64,000 nucleotides of DNA from Podarcis cretensis (Eukaryota). Location: the NCBI GenBank assembly GCA_951804945.1, contig OX638149.1, positions 48,794,001-48,858,000 on the forward strand, given 5' to 3'. Shown piece by piece: positions 37,300 to 50,618 of this stretch. The notes under the pieces were generated by a model. It was not told the DNA's origin, did not search any database, and saw only the letters and a list, made by a program, of their open reading frames with translations. A program made the position numbers and the translations under genes. The stretch's first letter is position 1. Each line of letters begins with the position of its first letter.

Positions 37300-37754
37300 T
37301 ATTATTTTTCCAATTTTAAGACAAAACAGCATACACACATCAACAAACAAAAACAAACACACAGATATAATTTCATAACCTCATTTTCATAAGCCTTCTT
37401 TCTCGGACTTCCCCATACCTCACCCTTTTTGCATCCAATATTTTACAATTTTTCAGCAACCCTTTACTCCAATTAATTAAAACTTATTATCTTTCTCAAT
37501 TTCATCTTATTTCAACAAACAATTTCCGCTGCAATTCTGTATCTTCCTTTCCCTTGACATTTTAGCACTCATCAATATTGTAACAGTTCTTAAGATAAGC
37601 TTTGAACTTCTTCCAGTCTTCCTCCACCGTCTCTTTCTCTTGGTCATGGATTCTGCCAGTCATTTCTGCCAATCCCATAAAGTCAATCACTTTCGTCTGC
37701 CATTCTTCCAGTGTGGGGAGTTCTTGTGTCTTCCAATACTTTGCGAGAAGGATG
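37247..37754 (-). mobile_element. 5'-truncated L1 LINE (ORF2 C-terminus plus 3' UTR) with (TA)n tail
   Basis: - strand reads ILLAKYWKTQELPTLEEWQTKVIDFMGLAEMT...EDWKKFKAYL, homologous to the 47588 ORF; TSD GGGAGGAGCTTTT (37234-37246, 37755-37767); TTTT/AA endonuclease site. Confidence 0.88.
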
Positions 37755-40700
37755 GGGAGGAGCTTTTAATAGTGCAGGAGGTTATTAACTGAGCAGTAGG
37801 TCTGGCTCAAAGGAGAAAGTAAGGCTTCCTAATAGGTGGGAAAACAGAGCAAAGGTTAAGTGGCTATTTCCAGCTAGCAGGAGAAAGTGAGACATTTAGG
37901 ACGTAACCCTATTAGGGATGTCAGAGAATTCTGATGAACATGGAGATGGGAACAGAAATTCCTGATGTTCACTTATTTGTCCTATAACCAAAATGGTAAT
38001 CAGTCCAGCCAAAAATCTATATATTGATATTTGCTGCTGTTGTTATTTTCATCTCCGCAAATGATATTGTTGGGGAGCGGGGGGACGGAGACTAGGCTGT
38101 ATGCCTGAGTCCCCTTCTAATTCCTGGATCTAGCAAGGATTAACTTACTGGAACAGTCAGAGCAGCTTCTTGGTGAGGGAATGGCCCCCTCACTATGGGT
38201 CGTTAAGGAAGTGGAAGTGGTTTATGTTTATGTTGTTCCTTTTTTCCAATTTACATTGTGTTTCTTTTGTATTGAAATGCATGGTGTTGTATAATATAAC
38301 TGACTACATAACTTTTCACCCGAAAAGTTTGTCAGAAGCCAAACTGCAGGTGAAATGAAACAGAGGTGCTTGCAAAGAATATGGGGCAGAATGGAAACTG
38401 ATGCCTTCTTACACCCCTAAATCTATATTTGTGGGGTGAAGGGATACAGGATTCCGTAGAAGTTCCACTACATTGGCAGAATCCCAGCTGGGGCTTCTTC
38501 TGCAGCCCCTATGCTCCTGATGTGTATGATTGGCTTTTGGGACTCAGGAGCAGAGAGAGATGTTTGCCCCATGCTGTGTGTTAGGATTGGCTTCTGTTGC
38601 TGCTGAGGAGTTACGGAATATAACTTCTCTGATGGCAGGGTGAAAAGGTCTGAAGTGGAATAGCAGAGGAAAGGTAGAAGAAGCAGAGGCCTTGAAAAAG
38701 AGAAGCACGTTGTTTAATGGGCGCCCACAAGATTTATAAAAAGCAGGTGCAGTTTGCAAGCAAAGGGAGCTTTGAAAACTGGGATAGTCTGAATTATAGA
38801 GCCAAGAGGAGACATAAGTGTTGAGTGTAAAGTAGGAGACTGCATTTCACTTATTCAATTATTCAATTAATCACAGCTTTAGCTGCAAGTCGTTAGCTGG
38901 ATATTTATGATCTAGCCCTGGTGCAGAAGGATTATATATTATTTAAGGCAAATTTGGGGTTGGTCAAAAGCAGCGTGTTCATTATTCACATCCAGCAAAT
39001 TATGGCTTGCACCACGCTGTTTTCTCACAAATTCGTGCCTGTATTATTCCCAGCAGAGGTGTGAGACATCTTCAGGCAACAGCAAATGAAAGTATTTTGC
39101 TCAGAAGGAAGAGGAAGCCGATGTTGCCATGGTTGGTTGGTGGGTGGGGAGGGGAAGAAAGGGGATGAACCAGGAGGGCACCAATACAAAATCCTGATTC
39201 TCTGCCCCACACAACTGGAAACCTGTCTCATTTTATTCTCCCTCGGGGTACTACAGGACCCAGGGAGCAGCTGGCCTGAGCTGCTTTCAAATATTCTGGC
39301 AAGATAGGAAGAATGAGCAGATGGCCTTACACACTCTTTCCACGCCTGACCCGGAATATGACTTAGTGAGTTCTCTATAATTCATGTCCTTAACTGTTTT
39401 CCTTCAAACATTAAGATTTCCCCCTCTTTTGATTAAAAGACACGCTGTGGCCATACTCCCTTATCCTAACCACGTTTATTCAGGAGTACATCTCTGTTTT
39501 ATTCCAGTGGGATTTACTCTCAGGTAACTATGCTTGGGATTGTAGCCTTTGTAGCATAAAAGTCCAACCCCCAAACGAAACAAAAAACCAGCCTTTGTGC
39601 TCAGCTCTTCTAAAGCCTGATGTCTCACTGTTAAGGCTTAACTATGCTCTTTGGTATTGTTGCTATGGTAACCCAACAGTTTATCCCTCACTTCCAAATA
39701 TATTCGCACAGTTCTTGTTAAACACTCCCCCCTCCCTTGCAATTCTCTATTGGAATCCAATTATCTTGCATTAATTATAAATCAAATTCAGAGCAGCACA
39801 AACACCCATAACACGTGTGTAAATGATTATTTTTATAATACTGTTAGCGCCACATGCACGTATATATTCTTTGCCTTTGAACACGCAAGAAAGAAGCTGT
39901 TTTCTGGTAAGAACCTGATACCAGGCTGTTTTGTTTTTGGCTTAGCTGGGTAAAATGCAATACCGCTGAAAGCTGCTGGCCTTGCAGCCTCGAATTCCCA
40001 GCATCTCTTTCAATCCATAAAACAGGCACCCCAGTGGGATTCCTTCCCTGTACGACTTTGACAAAGTACACGTTCAGGATCCTGCCTTAAGTGGGGATGT
40101 CAGTCTCCGCAGTATATTTTCTAGCACTCCCATCAGACAGGATACCGTAGTTTGAATTTGCTATCATAAAACGTAGAAATGTCACTTATTGGCAGTTAAA
40201 TATTAAGGAGGGTAAAAACAAAACACAAACACCTGAAACGAAAAGGAACTGTACCAAAACTAAAACAAGTAAACAAGCAAAAACCTGATTTGACAAGGCA
40301 CTGCCATCAGAGAGCTGCACTCGGTGCTTGTAAGGATTTAAGCAACAAAGCTCTTGGCATAGAGGTGACATCTGTATATGAATTTGTAATGGTACTTTAT
40401 GGAACTGTCTGATCAATAGGAATATATGGGTGCAAGTGGTTCACTGTCCTCGGCCTACAGGAGCAGTCAGTGTCCTGGTGCTGAGCAGCCCATTTTGATC
40501 ACAAGTCCATGGTTGGCCCCCCACATACTACCCCTAGGTGACCGATCCTCTCCCTTGACTGCATAGGAGCACATCCGAAAGCTCTGCCATTCTGAGACCT
40601 ATATTTTTATGTTGTACAAGAGGTACACATATGGGACAGCATTTTGGCTGGTTGACATCTGATGACCGTTTAAATGTGTTGTGGAATTATTTGTTTGTTT

Positions 40701-43699
40701 TTATCATGTATTTTGTCTTTTTTATATTTGTGAACCGCTCTGAGATCTATAGGGCAGTATACAAATTAAACCAACCAACCAACTTTATACATGTTTGTTA
40801 ACATCTACACCCATGCCACAGTTAAGAACCCAACATGTAAAATAATAAAAAGTGTATGTATCCTTATGTCTCAATTTCTAAGTGCATATTGCTATTATTG
40901 GGTGTCATTGGGATTTACCATGGACTTACCCTGTCCTTAATCTGAAACCCAATGCCTATTCCTACTTCCAGGCATGGCATTGAGATAGTTTTACTGACAA
41001 AGCCCCATTCAGCTGAGTTTTGTGTTTCGGATCTTCAGATGGAGTGAAGAGAAGCTTTGCTCCAGAGATTCTATGTTGCCTCTTTACACAGGAAGGCAGC
41101 AAGAAGGAACTTTGACCACAAACCTATATCTGCATCTGATATCACCAGGTAAGATGCAGCTTACCTGCCTGTTACATCAGGGAGACTTCACTTTTATGTT
41201 CTTTATGCTAAAAAAGAGAGAGGTTCTTTTGGCCAATTAAAAGGTTGCATTCTGCTCAGGTCATGAAAAGGCACCACCAGAAGGCATACACTGAACTGGG
41301 TACAGAACTTCAAATGACCCTGCCCACAGCACCTGTGTCGTGCTCATTGGTGTGAATGGAAGATAGTGGGATCTACACACAGAACAGAGAATATGTGATG
41401 CTCACAAACCTGTGGAAAGTCCATTTCAAATTTTATTTGTCGCTTACAGCAGAAGATCAATGGTTGGGTAGCTGTCAGGTGGGAAGAAAACATTGGAAAT
41501 ATACTTAAGGCTCCTTAAATGTTGTTATAGGACTAAATATACTAGGGTATTGATTTAACATGGAAAAAGAGTTCAGTGAGCTAGACGGCTGGAAACAGTA
41601 GCAAGGTAATGATGACCTTTTGGGTTTTGTTTTCCCAGCTAATGTTTCCTTCACAGCTAAAAACTGAGGACAGAATAGCAACGGAGCAGAATCTATGCAT
41701 GGAATCAATACAAGATTCTAGAGAACAAGAGATAAACAGAGAGCTGAGCTCCAGGCCACAGATGAGACCCATTAAGTATGACAGACAGCAGTGCATGGAT
41801 AAATGAGTGCTTTTAACACACACACACACACACACGAACACGCGCACACACACACAATACACTGAAGGAACTTCCCCAGAGATTCCACATTCTCTTATGA
41901 ACTGAAAAGCATTCAGCTAAAAATGATCATTCCAACAGGGTTGCGGGGTTGGGGGTGGGATTTGTTACAACAATGTCAAAAGTGTGGAGTGGGATGCACC
42001 TGAATGGCCAAAAAATATTAGGTCCCAATGCAAACAAATAATAAATTCTGAATATATCATCTTCTTTAAATTATAAGAAAGGAATGCACCTAAAAACAAA
42101 TATGAAATCTGATTTCAGATAAAATTATATCTAATACCATCATATCTAATGACACACAATTGTGTCAAACGATAGGTAAGGAAAAGGTGCACAGGGGCAA
42201 GAACAACTTTGTATAGTTTGGCTGTGTGCATTGAGATGTGTTGGCAATGCTGTAACAAGTGGGCTAAATAGCAGCAATTGTCTTCTAATTGTTGTTTTGT
42301 TGTTTTATTCATTTATCTAATTCCAGAAAGCTGGATTTTTGTACATTTCTATCCCATGTGGAGATATGTACTGGGTATGGTATAGCCCCTCCAGCAAGGT
42401 GGTGAGGTGCCAGGATGGATCACTGCCATCTTGTAATTGCCAGACCATCTCTCTTAATCCAACCGACCCCAAGGCCTGCTGTCTTCCAGTCAGAATGTAA
42501 GTGGGCATTTGCAGCAAGGACATAACAAAGAACTGCAAGCAGCTGGAGGAGCAGCACAGAAAGGCCATTTTAGTTGGATGTTCTAGGAACTATGCTGCAG
42601 AGAAAAGCAGGGCCCTCAGGGTATCCTGGCACCCACAGGCCCCATGTTGGTAGTGCCAGGATTAAAGTCCCTCCATTTCCATGCCGATTGAAATTGTGCC
42701 TTAGATGGATGTGCCTATTCAAATTCTGTACCTGTCTGCATTACTGTTTCAGGAATGTCTTCATTTCTATGCTAACTGAAGTTGTTTTTGGTGGATGTGC
42801 GCCAGCAAGAATATATTCCAGTCTCCATGACAGTTTTAGGACTTGGGAACCTCTGGTTTGCAAGGAAGCTAAGAGCCCTGTACAGCAGACCCGCCAGGGA
42901 TAGTTCCAGATTTATAGAGTCTGGCCTGGTTTTTTATATGATCCTGGAATGTCTCGCTTTTCCTCTCTATTTTCATCAGAAAAATATTGGAGGGAGACAA
43001 ATATATATATATAATTTTTTGTCCAGAAACAAAAAAATGATAAGGCCAGTTTTAAAAATCTGACTTACATCCATTCTGACTTGTAACTTTATTCCTCACA
43101 AATTCTACTGACACACATTTTTATGATGTAGCCAGCACAGTCTATTTTAGAAAATTCCAGTCCCCTTACCGAAGGCCACGTCACCAGTCTGTCTAAGTGA
43201 CAAACATGGAGCCAGTCGCCTCCAAGAGCTCTTCTCTGTCCTTTACCAGGCTTGGAACCCTGGGCTGAATAAAAGAGGAGTCCCAATTTAGAAAAGTGAG
43301 AGGAACAGCACAGTCTTTCTGCTCTCTGACTGATAATGAGCCTGGCACATTCTTCCTTGTGAAAATCAAGAGAGATACATTTTAAACTATTAATGAGAGC
43401 AGAAAACAAATCTCTGAAAGAAATGCAAATTCTTTGCATACAGCTTTTAAAGTGATGTTTCAATATCATCGCCACCACATTCTTAAGAGTAAACACAGTA
43501 ACATCTGGTAGGACGTCCACACAAAGAGAAGCAGAAATTGGCTTCTGGCTCTGTTGCCACTCAATTCTAGCAGACTTTTTGAAGTCCCTTCCAGCCAGGC
43601 TGAATGAATGGTTGGAAACTTCAGGGAGCAGCTTAAAGATTCTCGAAAAATTTGCAGCTTCTTGAGTTTACTGGTAGTTCATCAGAAGGGACTTTTCAG

Positions 43700-43920
43700 A
43701 CAAGCAACGCTGACACCAAACCCTACATACATTAAGCATAATAGAAACATCGCCACCTGTCCCCACCCCCACCCATCTTCCCTCCCTCCACCCCCTTTTC
43801 CCCCCTCCCCCTAATGTCTCAACAAAGGAAACAGATTTGTAAAAATGTTACATGGAAAAAATACGAGAGATATAAAACTTACTTCTGTAAAACAAGAAAA
43901 TCTTTAATAAAAATCCGAAA
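43700..43920 (+). mobile_element. LINE 3' end, same family as 36100-36399
   Basis: Shared ACGCTGACAC, ATAGAAACAT, CTAATGTCTCAACAAA and AAGAAAATCTTTAATAAAAAT. Confidence 0.7.
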
Positions 43921-44253
43921 GCAAGAATTGGGGGGGGGGGGATTTTCAGCTCACAGGCATGAATGCTGGGCATTGTGTAGGGTTTTTTAAAATAAATAAA
44001 TAAATAAATAAATTGCAGCAACTTTCATTTTCACTTTGAATCAGGTCACTGCACCATGGTGCAAGTAGACACTACTTAACACTGTCCAAGCTTACTAAAG
44101 GCAGATGTGTATACTACAATAGCTGACGGCTATGATGATTCATAGAAGTAAGCCCCCACTGAAGTCAAGGGGGGCTACTTCAACAAAATGTAATGCAGTG
44201 TAATAATGTCAAGGTAAAAACCTGGTAAATATTTATTATTGATGGCAACTATG

Positions 44254-44346
44254 ACAACGCCGGCTCCCTCAGCCTGTAAAGCGAGATGAGCACCGCAAAC
44301 CCAGAGTCGTTCAGACTTAACTGTCAGGAGTCCCTTTACCTTTACC
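44254..44346 (+). mobile_element. Sauria SINE 3' fragment
   Basis: GCGAGATGAGCACCGCAAACCCAGAGTCG...CCTTTACCTTTACC. Confidence 0.75.
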
Positions 44347-44407
44347 AAAAGCAGAGCCATTTGAGGACCTAGAAAAGGTCAGGTATACCTCCAATGTCCC
44401 TCGGTAG

Positions 44408-44549
44408 GTTGTGGACTCTCCTTCACTGGATGTTTTTAAGCAGAGGTTGAATGGTAATCTGTCATGGGTGCTTTAGTTGAGATTCCTGCATTGCAGGGGT
44501 TGGACTAGAGGTTGGGGTCCGTTTTGACTTGACAATTCTATGATTCTAT
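44408..44549 (+). mobile_element. CR1 LINE 3' end
   Basis: CTCTCCTTCACTGGATGTTTTTAAGCAGAGG...TTCTATGATTCTAT tail. Confidence 0.8.
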
Positions 44550-45773
44550 CTGACCACCATAGTTTAAATTCAGCCTCCATTGCTTCATTTGTTATTTCCT
44601 TGTCTCTTCCTTTCCTCTCCAGCGCAGGTTCCTGAAGTAGCTGAGACTCAGAACGCCCTGGCCTTTCAAAGCAGTAACTGAAATAATTGGTTACATAAAG
44701 TGAATTAAGTCACAGCTGACTAGTGAAGAGTTCAACTTACAGATGAGGAACTTCAACAGACAGAATGGGGCCACTGTATGACCTGAACAGAGAGTGCAGC
44801 CTGTAGGACTGGGATGCTTTCAGCACTACCAATAGAGCACTAAAACACCAACTCATAAATATTGCTAGCTTCAGTGTGCAAAAGTATCTCACACTACTTT
44901 TGCAGCCTGAACCTAGGCATGTGGTGCAACAAACAGATTACAACAGGGAACAGTTCCATTACTTTTTGTAACAGCCCTATAAAAGGCCTGCAGGGGGTGG
45001 GAGGGGCTATAATTGGGGTAGAGGAGTCAGCAAGTGCCATTTGCAAGATCACATTAAGGGCCTTTGAGCATTACATTCATTTCCATGGGATTGCAGCCTT
45101 GATTATTCTGGACTGAGTCTCTCAACACCAAGGGGTTATTCTCATTGTAACTCCATAGGCAGGTTGATGGACTTCTCTGTAAAAGCAAAAGCAAAATAAA
45201 GTCCAGATCTAAGAAGAGTCCAATGCCATTAGTATGTTACATACTTACAGATCTTCACAATGGTCGTGGCACCAACTGAAATAAACGCTGGATTGCACCA
45301 ATTTAGTTTTATGACTGCCAAACATACGGCAAGGAGTAACATCAGTATCCTGTGACGATCACTAATTAGAAGGCATGTTTGTTTTTAAATGTGTGTGCGC
45401 GCTGGCATATGCTAAAAACAAATCTTGCTGAGGTAACAATTAGTTGTGTTTCTGACAGCGTCTATGAAATACATGGCCTGGCTGGCCTGGCTGATCCGCT
45501 GAGATCCCTTCCAGATCTGGTTCTGTGACTAGGGCCCTCATTGTGAATTATTCTGAGACAAGACCCCTTAAGGCCTGACCATAGACAATGGATAGCCCAG
45601 GACAGGGTGGTCCAGCCTCTCAGGCTAAGTGGACTGCAAGAGTACTTCAACACAGAACCCACAGGCCACATGCTGAATTTCTATATCATTGACTAAATTG
45701 TTTGCAATATAGTTAATATTATTTAATACAAAGTTAATATATTTAATTAAATAAATATGATTAAATACATAAT

Positions 45774-45980
45774 TAATGTGAAGAACTTCCTGACAGTAAG
45801 AGCTGTTCAACAGTGGAATTTGCTGCCAAGGAGTGTGGTGGAGTCTCCTTCTTTGGAGGTCTTTAAGCAGAGGCTTGACAGCCATATGTCAGGAGTGCTC
45901 TGATGGTGTTTCCTGCTTGGCAGGGGGTTGGACTCGATGGCCCTTGTGGTCTCTTCCAACTCTATGATTCTATGATTCTA
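45774..45980 (+). mobile_element. CR1 LINE 3' end
   Basis: AACTTCCTGACAGTAAGAGCTGTT...GGTCTCTTCCAAC then (TTCTATGA)n octamer tail. Confidence 0.9.
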
Positions 45981-46402
45981 TAATGCAATTAATACATTTA
46001 TTTACTAAACAAATCAAATACACAAGCTCAGGTGAGTCCCAGGTAGATAGATAGATAGATGCACAGCATGGAAATGTAGGAGAACCTGGGCCAGGGTGTG
46101 TGCGAGAATCTGACCCCTGAAATCCCATCCAGGGAAGATCCAAGTGCACAGAACAGGAGTCACATCGGCCCTCAAGCAATCCTCGTCACGTCCCCATCCC
46201 TCCCATGCAGCTGCAGCCCAGACTATCCCTCTTCTTGTACATCCTGAAGGTGAGGGAGGGAAGAGGCAGAAAGTCACAGATCCAAGGTCCCCTTTCCTTA
46301 TCTGTGTGTTTGTTTTGGATGTGAGAGATGTTAGAGGTGGAGGAAATAATAATGCCCAACACCCAGCTTTATATGTCTTCTTTGAGACTCCAACCACTTT
46401 TG

Positions 46403-46756
46403 GGTAAAGGTAAAGGGACCCCTGACCATTAGGTCCAGTCATGACCAACTCTGGGGTTGGGGCGCTCATCTCGCTTTACTGGCCGAGGGAGCCGGCGTAC
46501 AGCTTCTGGGTCATGTGGCCAGCATGACTAAGCCACTTCTGGCGAACCAGAGCAGTGCACGGAAACGCCATTTACCTTCCTGCCGGAGTGGTACCTATTT
46601 ATCTACTTGTACTTTGATGTGCTTTTAAAGTGCTAGGTTGGCAGGAGCTGGGACCGAGCAATGGGAGCTCACCCCGTCGTGGGGATTCGAACCGCCGACC
46701 TTCTGATTGGCAAGTCCTAGGCTCTGTGGTTTAACCCACAGCGCCACCCGCGTCCC
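46403..46756 (-). mobile_element. Full-length Sauria SINE (different subfamily from the 16707/19062 copies)
   Basis: Reverse complement GGGACGCGGGTGGCGCTGTGG...GGTTCGAATCC...CCTTTACCTTTAC; TSD CCACTTTTGGGTA. Confidence 0.92.
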
Positions 46757-47592
46757 ACTTTTGGGTAGGGAGGTGCAATAGTAACATTGCCAGCAGGGTG
46801 TTCTAGGGCTATGATTTTTACAACAAATCACAGCGTATAGCTTTTCATTTGGACTGTTGCTGCATCACAGCACCATTAAAATCTCATGCATTTTTTCCCT
46901 GAAAGGACTTTGGCAAAATGACCCTGTTTGCTCCCAGCAGAGGTATTTCTATCTGACAGCTTTCAAAGATATTTTGATTTGCCCCATCAACTCCTGGCTT
47001 TCTAAAGCATTCAGCAACCCCACCCCTCCATTCCTATTTGCCATCACTCACACAGTACTTCTCTTCCCTGTGGCAAGTGCACAGCCAAGACTCTTAAGGA
47101 AACACAATGAATAGGAAAAGGCTTCTTTCTTATTGCCAATTGCTCCCCTATTGACTCCAGGCCTAAAGGCAGCTTCTTCTTCTCCACTAGTTCTTTTGTA
47201 GCAGCTAGGAAGACAGTCTATGCAGCTCTTCATGTTCTAAACATTTGCTTTGTAAACATGCATGTGTTGTTGTTTTTTATGTACCAAGGAGAAGAAATGG
47301 AAGCATCTGGAACCAGAAGGCAGAAGTCAACTGCCTACAGAGCTGCCGTTCATGACTCTGGTTTCTTTGGGATAGACCCACACCCTACTTACAAGCCAAT
47401 AAAAGCCTCACAGGTCAACTAGAAGCTCCATGAATACACAGACCTTGGAACTTTAAGGCCATCCTATGCACTGAAGAGATAGTAAAATAAAATTTAAAAA
47501 TCCAACTTTCTACTACCTTGAAATCTGTCACTTATTCTTCATATTTCTTCATGAAGAATAAGTGACAGATTTCAAGGTAGTAGAAAGTTGGA

Positions 47593-48672
47593 AATAAAAA
47601 TAAAAAGCAAGCTGACTGGCTGGATTCAATACCATCAAATTAATTCAATGTGGAGGGAAGATAATAAGATCGGAATAAATGACAAGAAATCTAGATTTCA
47701 GATTGAAATAATAGAAAGTAAAACAAAATTATTATCAAAAATGTACAACCAGTTACTTGAGTGGGACACCAAGGACGAGGAAGTAAAGGATGTGATGGTG
47801 AAGTGGGCGGTAGACCTAGGGTACAACATAGAGTTTGACAAATGGAAGGCATTGTGGTGTAAAGATATGAATTTTTCAGCATGCACGACACTAAAGGAAA
47901 ACATGTATAAGATGATGTACAGATGGTACATAACGCCGGTAAAACTACATAAAATGTATAGAACGGGCGATAAACTGTGTTGGAAATGTAAGAGCAAGGA
48001 GGGCGAATTCATTCATATGTGGTGGACGTGCGAGATTCTCAAAAAATTTTGGGAATCCATCTATAATGAATTAAAAAAAATTCTTAAATACACGTTTGTT
48101 AAAAAACCCGAAGCCTTCCTGCTGGGGATAATTGGTAAGGATATCAAAGAAGAAGATAGAACCTTTTTTCAATATGCAACGGTGGCCGCCAGAACCCTCA
48201 TAGCACAGTACTGGAAAACACCAAAAATCCCAACACTAAAGGAGTGGCAACTTAAATTATCCGATTATTTGGAGCTGGCTAAATTGACACAGAAAATAAG
48301 AAATCAAAGAAGTGCAAAATTTAACAATGAATGGGATAAATTTAGGATATATATGGAAATAGAGACAAGGGGAAAATTAAAATGCTGATCAGAAACACAT
48401 ATGTACTTATAGAAATCACAGTAGGCATGAGATAACGCTTACTACGTAAAAAGTTTTATTAAGGAATAGACACAGCAGATAGATAAACAAGATAATAATT
48501 TCCGAAATCGAGATAAAGGGAAGTCGATCAATGTCATCAAAGTTGTATGTATTTCATGTTTTGTTTGTTTGTTTGTTTCTCTCTTTCTGTTTTTTCTTTT
48601 TCATTTTGTCTTTTGTATGTTTGTGAAATATATTTATGTCAAAATTTAATAAAAAATTAAAAAAAAAAAAAA
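47593..48672 (+). mobile_element. 5'-truncated L1-clade LINE: uninterrupted ORF2 C-terminus (to 48388), 3' UTR and poly(A)
   Basis: ORF has YRWYITP and zinc knuckle CWKC-x8-HMWWTC, typical of non-mammalian L1 ORF2; AATAAA plus poly(A); 18-bp TSD GAAATCTGTCACTTATTC (47520-47537, 48673-48690). Confidence 0.92.
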
Positions 48673-48778
48673 GAAATCTGTCACTTATTCGAGGCTCAAA
48701 GAAATCCCCCAGTTATGGGTTTCTGTTCAGATAATGAGTCTTTTCTAACAATGATGCATTACCTTGCTTCATATATTA

Positions 48779-49098
48779 CATGGGTAGGCAAACTAAGGCC
48801 CGTGGGCCTGATGCGGCCCAATCACTTTCTAAATCCGGCCCACAGACGGTCCAGGAATCAGCGTGTTTTTACATGAGTAGAATGTGTCCTTTTATTTAAA
48901 ATGCATCTCTGGGTTATTTGTGGGGCCTGCCTGGTGTTTTTACATGAGTAGAATGTGTGCTTTTATTTAAAATGCATTTCTGGGTTATTTGTGGGGCACA
49001 GGAATTTGTTTTTTTCCTCTTCAAAATATAGTCCGGCCCACCACAAGGTCTGAGGGACAGTGGACCGGCCCCCTATTGAAAAAGTTTGCTGGCCTCTG
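48779..49098. mobile_element. hAT MITE (family of 3270-3534) with internal tandem duplication
   Basis: Same termini; GTTTTTACATGAGTAGAATGTGT...TTTGTGGGGC block present twice. Confidence 0.85.
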
Positions 49099-49766
49099 AT
49101 TACCTTGCCATCAAAGTCCAACAGGTGAGAGGGGAGTCCAAGTGTATTGTGCCAATAATCTCAGATATATTCAAGTGAATAAAGGGGGATTACCAGAATT
49201 CCAACATGACTGTATTTTCCATCTGAAAATAGCATTGGGGAAAGGAAAACTTAGGGGAAACACTGCACAAAAACAACAACACAGCACCATTTTTCATGGA
49301 TAAATCAGACAACTTTTAATTCATTTCCAAATACTTGGTGAGATTATTAGCTTCACATACGGCAATATCACACCAGGATCAACTGAGCCACTCTGTCCTT
49401 GACAATACTGTTACTTCATTTGTCACAAAATAAACACTGTACAGTAAAAACCTATGCTCCTGGGTATACCTTGGTTGGGCTGATATTAAATAATTCCACA
49501 TTTACTCTAGAAACAGAGGAAGTTGTCTTATACTGAGGCTGGATCTAGACATGTCAAAGAAGCGATTCAGTTAAATGCATTGCAAACTCATACAGGGGAA
49601 TCTGGTAGGGAAAGATGGGACTCCACAGTGCCATCTGGTGTCACAGGGTTATATAACATTTTCTTTACCAATCTAGAGTCAGCTTTCATCCATTTTACTC
49701 AGTAGATGGCAGTGAATCTCCAGGCAACCCTACTTGGACCTATCCTGGGGAAAACATGTGCTATAC

Positions 49767-50018
49767 CATGGGTAGGCAAACTAAGGCCTGTGGGCCTGAT
49801 GCAGCCTAATCGCCTTCTAAATCCGGCCCGCGGACAGTACGGGAGTCAGCATGCTTTTACATAAGTAAAATGTGTCCTTTTATTTAAAATGCATCTCTGG
49901 GTTATTTGTGGGGCATAGAAATTTGTTCATTTCCCCCCCTCCAAAATATAGTCCGGCCCCCCACAAGGTCTGAGGGACAGTGGACTGGCCCCTTGCTGAA
50001 AAAGTTTGCTGACCCCTG
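49767..50018. mobile_element. hAT MITE (family of 3270-3534)
   Basis: Same termini; TSD TGCTATAC/TTCTATAC. Confidence 0.85.
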
Positions 50019-50371
50019 TTCTATACCATGGAGCCATGACTTTTTATTCCCCTCACTCTTAGATGCTATAAATGATTTGCCCATGTCCCCCATTCCAGAT
50101 GTTAAAACTGAAAATGAATGCATGTCTTTTCATAAGTGCCACAATTCAGGAGATGGTTACATCACTTGGTTTCCTTTGCCATTAGGCAATAAGCCAAAGG
50201 AAAGTGGAATCAAAATGGTGAAACTGTTGCAGAACCTAAGTTCCAAAATAGAGGTGTGTGCGTGCGTGCATGCACATGTCATTCATGTAATCTGAAAACT
50301 AAACCAGACCAAACAAAGAATGTCTCAAATATTAATGGTCCAGGTTAGATTTCAGGACCATGTGTGGTGTA

Positions 50372-50618
50372 GGGAGCCAGTGTGGTGTAGTGGTTAAAAG
50401 CGGTGGACTCGTAATCTGGTGAACCTGGCTCGTGTCTCCGCTCCTCCACATGCAGCTGCTGGGTGACCTTGGGCCAGTCACACTTCTCTGAAGTCTCTCA
50501 GCCCCACTCACCTCACAGAGTGTTTGTTGTGGGGGAGGAAGGGAAAGGAGAATGTTAGCCGCTTTGAGACTCCTTCGGGGAGTGATAAAGCGGGATATCA
50601 AATCCTCCTCCTCCTCCA
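50372..50618 (+). mobile_element. tRNA-derived SINE (Squam3-like)
   Basis: GAGCCAGTGTGGTGTAGTGGTTAA head...GATAAAGCGGGATATCAAATC then (CTC)n tail. Confidence 0.85.

Noticed and set aside
41860-42030. Further possible Penelope/hammerhead remnant (CTGAAGGA...CTGAAAAGC)
   Set aside because: Too degenerate to support by eye
47588-48388. 266-aa ORF as a host gene
   Set aside because: It is the truncated L1 ORF2 C-terminus bounded by poly(A) and TSD; no promoter or true start
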